Part shown: positions 56,368-59,352 of the stretch, one piece after another | Position numbering within the stretch: position 1 is the first letter of the stretch | Layout of the letters: each line of letters opens with the position of its first letter | Sequence record: PZ564402.1 | DNA length: 59,352 nt | Reading direction: 5' to 3' (one strand) | Source of the DNA: a phage | Position numbers and translations under genes: made by a program | Notes under the pieces: model-generated | Database searches by the model: none | Told to the model about the DNA's origin: nothing | The model's input: the letters and a program-made list of their open reading frames with translations, nothing else

Positions 56368-56739
56368 TTAAACTTCGTCGTCGTCCGCGACGTCGGTGGC
56401 CGTACAGGTTACGACGGCCTGAATGAACATGCGGCCAGACGGGTAAGTCACCAGCGCGGACTCCATGCTGAACCGTTGGCCGTGGTGCTTCATGGCATTC
56501 CGGATGGAGGAATTTAGGCTGGCCCGCATCTTCGCTTTGAGGGCATTGGCCTCGTCCTGTACCTGCGAAAGCGTACGGTCAAGCGGGAGTTCTTGGGACA
56601 GGGTGTACACGCCACCGACTTCCAGCGCAATGAGGTTCCCCACGACGCTGTACACGCGCACGCGTGACGGCAGTTCAACATCCGGCTCGGTCGTCATCAT
56701 TGCGCCAGTCAGTTCGGCCGGGCTTAGTTCTTTGCTCAT
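56368..56739 (-). CDS. hypothetical early protein with acidic C-terminus (123 aa)
   Basis: GGAG RBS; first gene after promoter 56782-56810; ends DVADDDEV. Confidence 0.5.
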   Translation of the reverse strand: MSKELSPAELTGAMMTTEPDVELPSRVRVYSVVGNLIALEVGGVYTLSQELPLDRTLSQVQDEANALKAKMRASLNSSIRNAMKHHGQRFSMESALVTYPSGRMFIQAVVTCTATDVADDDEV

Positions 56740-56781
56740 TGGGATGGCTCCAGTTGGTTCGTTAAATGTTACGTTCGGAGA

Positions 56782-56810
56782 ACAATAGTTCTACACGCGA
56801 CGTATGTCAA
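56782..56810 (-). promoter_or_regulatory. early promoter, conserved family (-35 TTGACA, -10 TATTGT)
   Basis: Conserved spacer TACGTCGCGTGTAGAAC; drives leftward early operon. Confidence 0.55.
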
Positions 56811-56871
56811 TTCATTTCATCCGGCAATTATGATGACCGGGCGAAACTCCAGTTTAGTTTCTGTCGGCGAG

Positions 56872-57100
56872 GTTTCCGAAGTAAGACCCGGCGTCGCGGG
56901 GCCGAGCGGGGGCAGGCTGACTTTTTCGAGTAAGCCCGGAACGCCAACCCTTCCGTCGGCCAGCTTTTTCAAGTAAGCCGGACAGCCGGGTGAAATTGGC
57001 CCGACGCTGGTGGATAAAAACCGCAACCGGGTAGGTTTTTGAAGTAAGGACTGGCGCAGTCGTTCAAAAATTTTGGGCAGGCTAGGTTTTTCAAGTAAGC
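56872..57100. repeat. five iteron-like direct repeats, consensus (G)GTTTTTCAAGTAAGCCCGG
   Basis: Copies near 56872, 56921, 56964, 57033, 57083 in the 600-bp noncoding gap between divergent early promoters. Confidence 0.65.
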
Positions 57101-57405
57101 CCGTCGGAAATTTTTGTAGAGAATGTCAGGCCCGGCGCGGCCCGGCGTCATGGTGTGCAGCCGTTTTTGGTGGGATTTTGTACAAATCGTTATAAATCAA
57201 TGACTTAACCTATGCGCCGATCGACCTGTTTTGGCCCGGTTATCGTGGATTTTTCGTATAGAATTCAAGGGTTTAGGACGTGGCGCCGCGTGCCGTTTGG
57301 CGGTGTGCCGGGGCGGGGGCCGTGGGGCGCGGCGGTGCAATGCGGCCCGGCGTGGCGGTCGGTGGCGCTTTTATGTGCGGTTACTCAAATAATATGAAAA
57401 AAGAT

Positions 57406-57434
57406 TTGACGCACGCCGCGTATATCAATTACAT
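57406..57434 (+). promoter_or_regulatory. sigma70-like promoter (-35 TTGACG, 17-nt spacer, -10 TTACAT) with UUCG leader hairpin
   Basis: 47-bp near-identical copy of promoter at 831; upstream A-tract. Confidence 0.6.
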
Positions 57435-57499
57435 TTGAATTCCCTTCGGGGGACGGGGCAAAAAGTCCCGGCGATAAACCAACTTAATGAGGTGTCACG

Positions 57500-57757
57500 A
57501 TGGAAAAGGTATATAACGCGATCAAGGGTCAAACGTTGCAACATTGGTTAACGATTGCCATCAAGCGCGACGAAAACGGCGGCGCTACGGTCGAACTACG
57601 CAGCACGATCCACGTTAACAAGGTTAGCCCGGTGTCGTTTTCATGGGGTAAGGAATATAGCGACGCGGATATTCTGAATGATGCCGATTTATTACGCGTC
57701 ATTTATCAGAAGTATGGACACGAAATTTTCACCGCTGATTTTACACGTAACATTTAA
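57500..57757 (+). CDS. hypothetical early protein (85 aa)
   Basis: First ORF after promoter 57406. Confidence 0.5.
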   Translation: MEKVYNAIKGQTLQHWLTIAIKRDENGGATVELRSTIHVNKVSPVSFSWGKEYSDADILNDADLLRVIYQKYGHEIFTADFTRNI

Positions 57758-57775
57758 TTTAATAAGGGGATAACT

Positions 57776-58315
57776 ATGCAAACTATTAACACTAAATATC
57801 ACAACGGGAAAATCGTTGCGACTTCTTGGAATGGCTGGACGCGTTCAGAATATGACGCGGCGTTATCCAGTGAGCAAAACCACCGCGCCGCCGCTGAAAA
57901 GCTAATCATTAAACTGAATAAAGGCCGCTCGATGGAATGGGGGATCGTGAATAGTGCGCCATCCGTGCCGGGCGTGCGTGGTAAGGATAACGGCTGGACG
58001 TTTATTATTGGTTATGTGCCAGAAGTCGCGCCCGCGCATATGTCAATCACTGTTAAGTTCTGCCCGGCAACAAATAAAGGCCCGGCATACATGCGCGCTT
58101 ATTCGTGGTTAGTGCCGCGCGGGATCAAGGTTAACTATTCGCCACGCGTCGCCGACGGGTCAGATATTCAGGCAAACGCACGTTATGCGGCGGGCATCAT
58201 GTTAGACCGCATTAATGAGATATGCCGCGAAGGTGGCGATCTCTTAGGCTGGAAAATTGCGGACTACGTGCAATTGTACGACGGCGATCGCCTGTTCACT
58301 CTGAAATCTAATTAA
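57776..58315 (+). CDS. hypothetical early protein (179 aa)
   Basis: AAGGGGA RBS. Confidence 0.5.
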   Translation: MQTINTKYHNGKIVATSWNGWTRSEYDAALSSEQNHRAAAEKLIIKLNKGRSMEWGIVNSAPSVPGVRGKDNGWTFIIGYVPEVAPAHMSITVKFCPATNKGPAYMRAYSWLVPRGIKVNYSPRVADGSDIQANARYAAGIMLDRINEICREGGDLLGWKIADYVQLYDGDRLFTLKSN

Positions 58316-58329
58316 TCCGGGGGCGCGTC

Positions 58330-58530
58330 ATGTTAATGGCTATTATCTTGATCGGTTATTCAATAATTGCGGCTGTTATATATCGTGACGCGCGGGCGGT
58401 GTGGCGTCGCTGTAAGGTTGAGCGCCGTTATTCTTTCGGGCGTAAAACGTTTTATTTACGCGAGCGTAAAACAGGCCGCTTGATCGGCTGTTCAAATAAT
58501 TTTTTCACTATCCTGTTACAAGGGGCTTAA
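58330..58530 (+). CDS. small membrane protein (66 aa)
   Basis: N-terminal TMD MLMAIILIGYSIIAAVIY. Confidence 0.4.
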   Translation: MLMAIILIGYSIIAAVIYRDARAVWRRCKVERRYSFGRKTFYLRERKTGRLIGCSNNFFTILLQGA

Positions 58531-58532
58531 TC

Positions 58533-59156
58533 ATGCGTACTATTTCACTTTATACTTTTAACGAACTGTCCGACGTCGCGAAAGCAAAAGCGATCGAAAA
58601 TTACCGCCAATATAAGAGCGGCGATCAATTCGACTTTTCTGAATATAAAGAAAGCCTTCGTGAATTTTGTGATGATCTATGCGTCGAGGTGCGCGACTGG
58701 TCTTATGGTTTAGGGGGTTGCGATGTAAGCTATGAAATTAATCATAGTTCAGATGTGGAAGATTTATCCGGCGTGCGTGCGTACAAGTGGATTATTAATA
58801 ATGTTACGGCGTTTAATACGCGTCGCCGCGTTTATCGTGAATACCGTGAAGTCAATAACCACGGTTTTAAACAAAAGGCGTCCTTCGTTAAATGGGTTAG
58901 CGGGGTGTTCAACGCGTCCGACGATTGCCCGTATACAGGCGTTTGCTGTGACGAATCATTATTGAAGCCTTTCCGTGACTTCCTGAAAAAGCCAGATGAC
59001 CGCACGATCGCGGAACTGATACGCGAAGCGATAGACGGGTATTGTTCGGATATGCTCGACGAACTGGAAAGCCGCGAAAGCGACGAATATTTACGGGATG
59101 ATCTGGAAAACGGCGACACGCCTGAATTTTTTGAAAACGGCGCTATTTATAACTAA
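58533..59156 (+). CDS. hypothetical early protein (207 aa)
   Basis: ORF coupled to upstream gene. Confidence 0.5.
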   Translation: MRTISLYTFNELSDVAKAKAIENYRQYKSGDQFDFSEYKESLREFCDDLCVEVRDWSYGLGGCDVSYEINHSSDVEDLSGVRAYKWIINNVTAFNTRRRVYREYREVNNHGFKQKASFVKWVSGVFNASDDCPYTGVCCDESLLKPFRDFLKKPDDRTIAELIREAIDGYCSDMLDELESRESDEYLRDDLENGDTPEFFENGAIYN

Positions 59157-59167
59157 CCGGGGGATCT

Positions 59168-59352
59168 ATGGGTCATATGTATGGCGTTATCTTGTCAAAT
59201 GGTACGCATTGCGACACGTCAACCACGGAAAAGGGCGCGAAAAATTACGCCACGCGCCACGGTTACAAGGAAGTAAGCCGCCGCCTGAATTGCGGCTATA
59301 GCGTCGAAATCGTAGCACATCGCGCCGGGTCGAAATGGATCGCCGGGCCTGC
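59168..59352 (+). CDS. hypothetical protein, truncated by window end (would terminate at position 18 if the sequence is circular)
   Basis: ATG at 59168 with GGGGGA RBS; frame stays open to the window end and continues in frame into positions 1-18 (TAA). Confidence 0.35.
   Translation, partial: MGHMYGVILSNGTHCDTSTTEKGAKNYATRHGYKEVSRRLNCGYSVEIVAHRAGSKWIAGP

Noticed and set aside
1-59352. Lysogeny module (integrase, attP) or other mobile element
   Set aside because: No tyrosine or serine recombinase-like ORF and no transposase recognised; the HTH proteins appear to be transcriptional regulators in a replication module. A temperate lifestyle cannot be fully excluded without searches.

Overview
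The window looks like a complete, circularly permuted genome of a tailed dsDNA phage (siphovirus-like, about 56% GC), most consistent with a Chi-like enterobacterial phage; this is inferred from motifs and gene order only, as no database search was possible. Plus strand 3.9-45.1 kb carries a replication/recombination module (HTH regulator, oppositely oriented primase-polymerase/SF3 helicase, PD-(D/E)XK nuclease, T7 gp2.5-like SSB, family A DNA polymerase, VRR-NUC, SNF2 helicase), then a lambda-like morphogenesis block (Nu1-like TerS, gpA-like TerL, gpW-like, portal, S49 protease, decoration, gpE-like capsid, tail genes with a G/GT-type -1 frameshift, 1431-aa tape measure, J-like tip protein), four tandem paralogous tail genes, a 709-aa internally repetitive fibre-like protein, and a lysis cassette (holin, endolysin with C-terminal TM anchor, overlapping spanins). 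Minus strand 45.1-56.7 kb is an early region of about 25 small, mostly uncharacterised genes (including Dam methyltransferase, an RdgC-like protein and an Ndt-like enzyme) driven by four near-identical sigma70-type promoters. A second early operon runs on the plus strand from 57.4 kb across the window junction to 2.8 kb. The most notable features are a conserved acidic C-terminal tail (often W...D-E-V) on at least nine proteins, a candidate cohesive-end site (3364-3375) next to direct repeats, an iteron-like array between divergent early promoters, and operator-like inverted repeats upstream of an HTH gene. No tRNA, CRISPR array, integrase or transposase was recognised.
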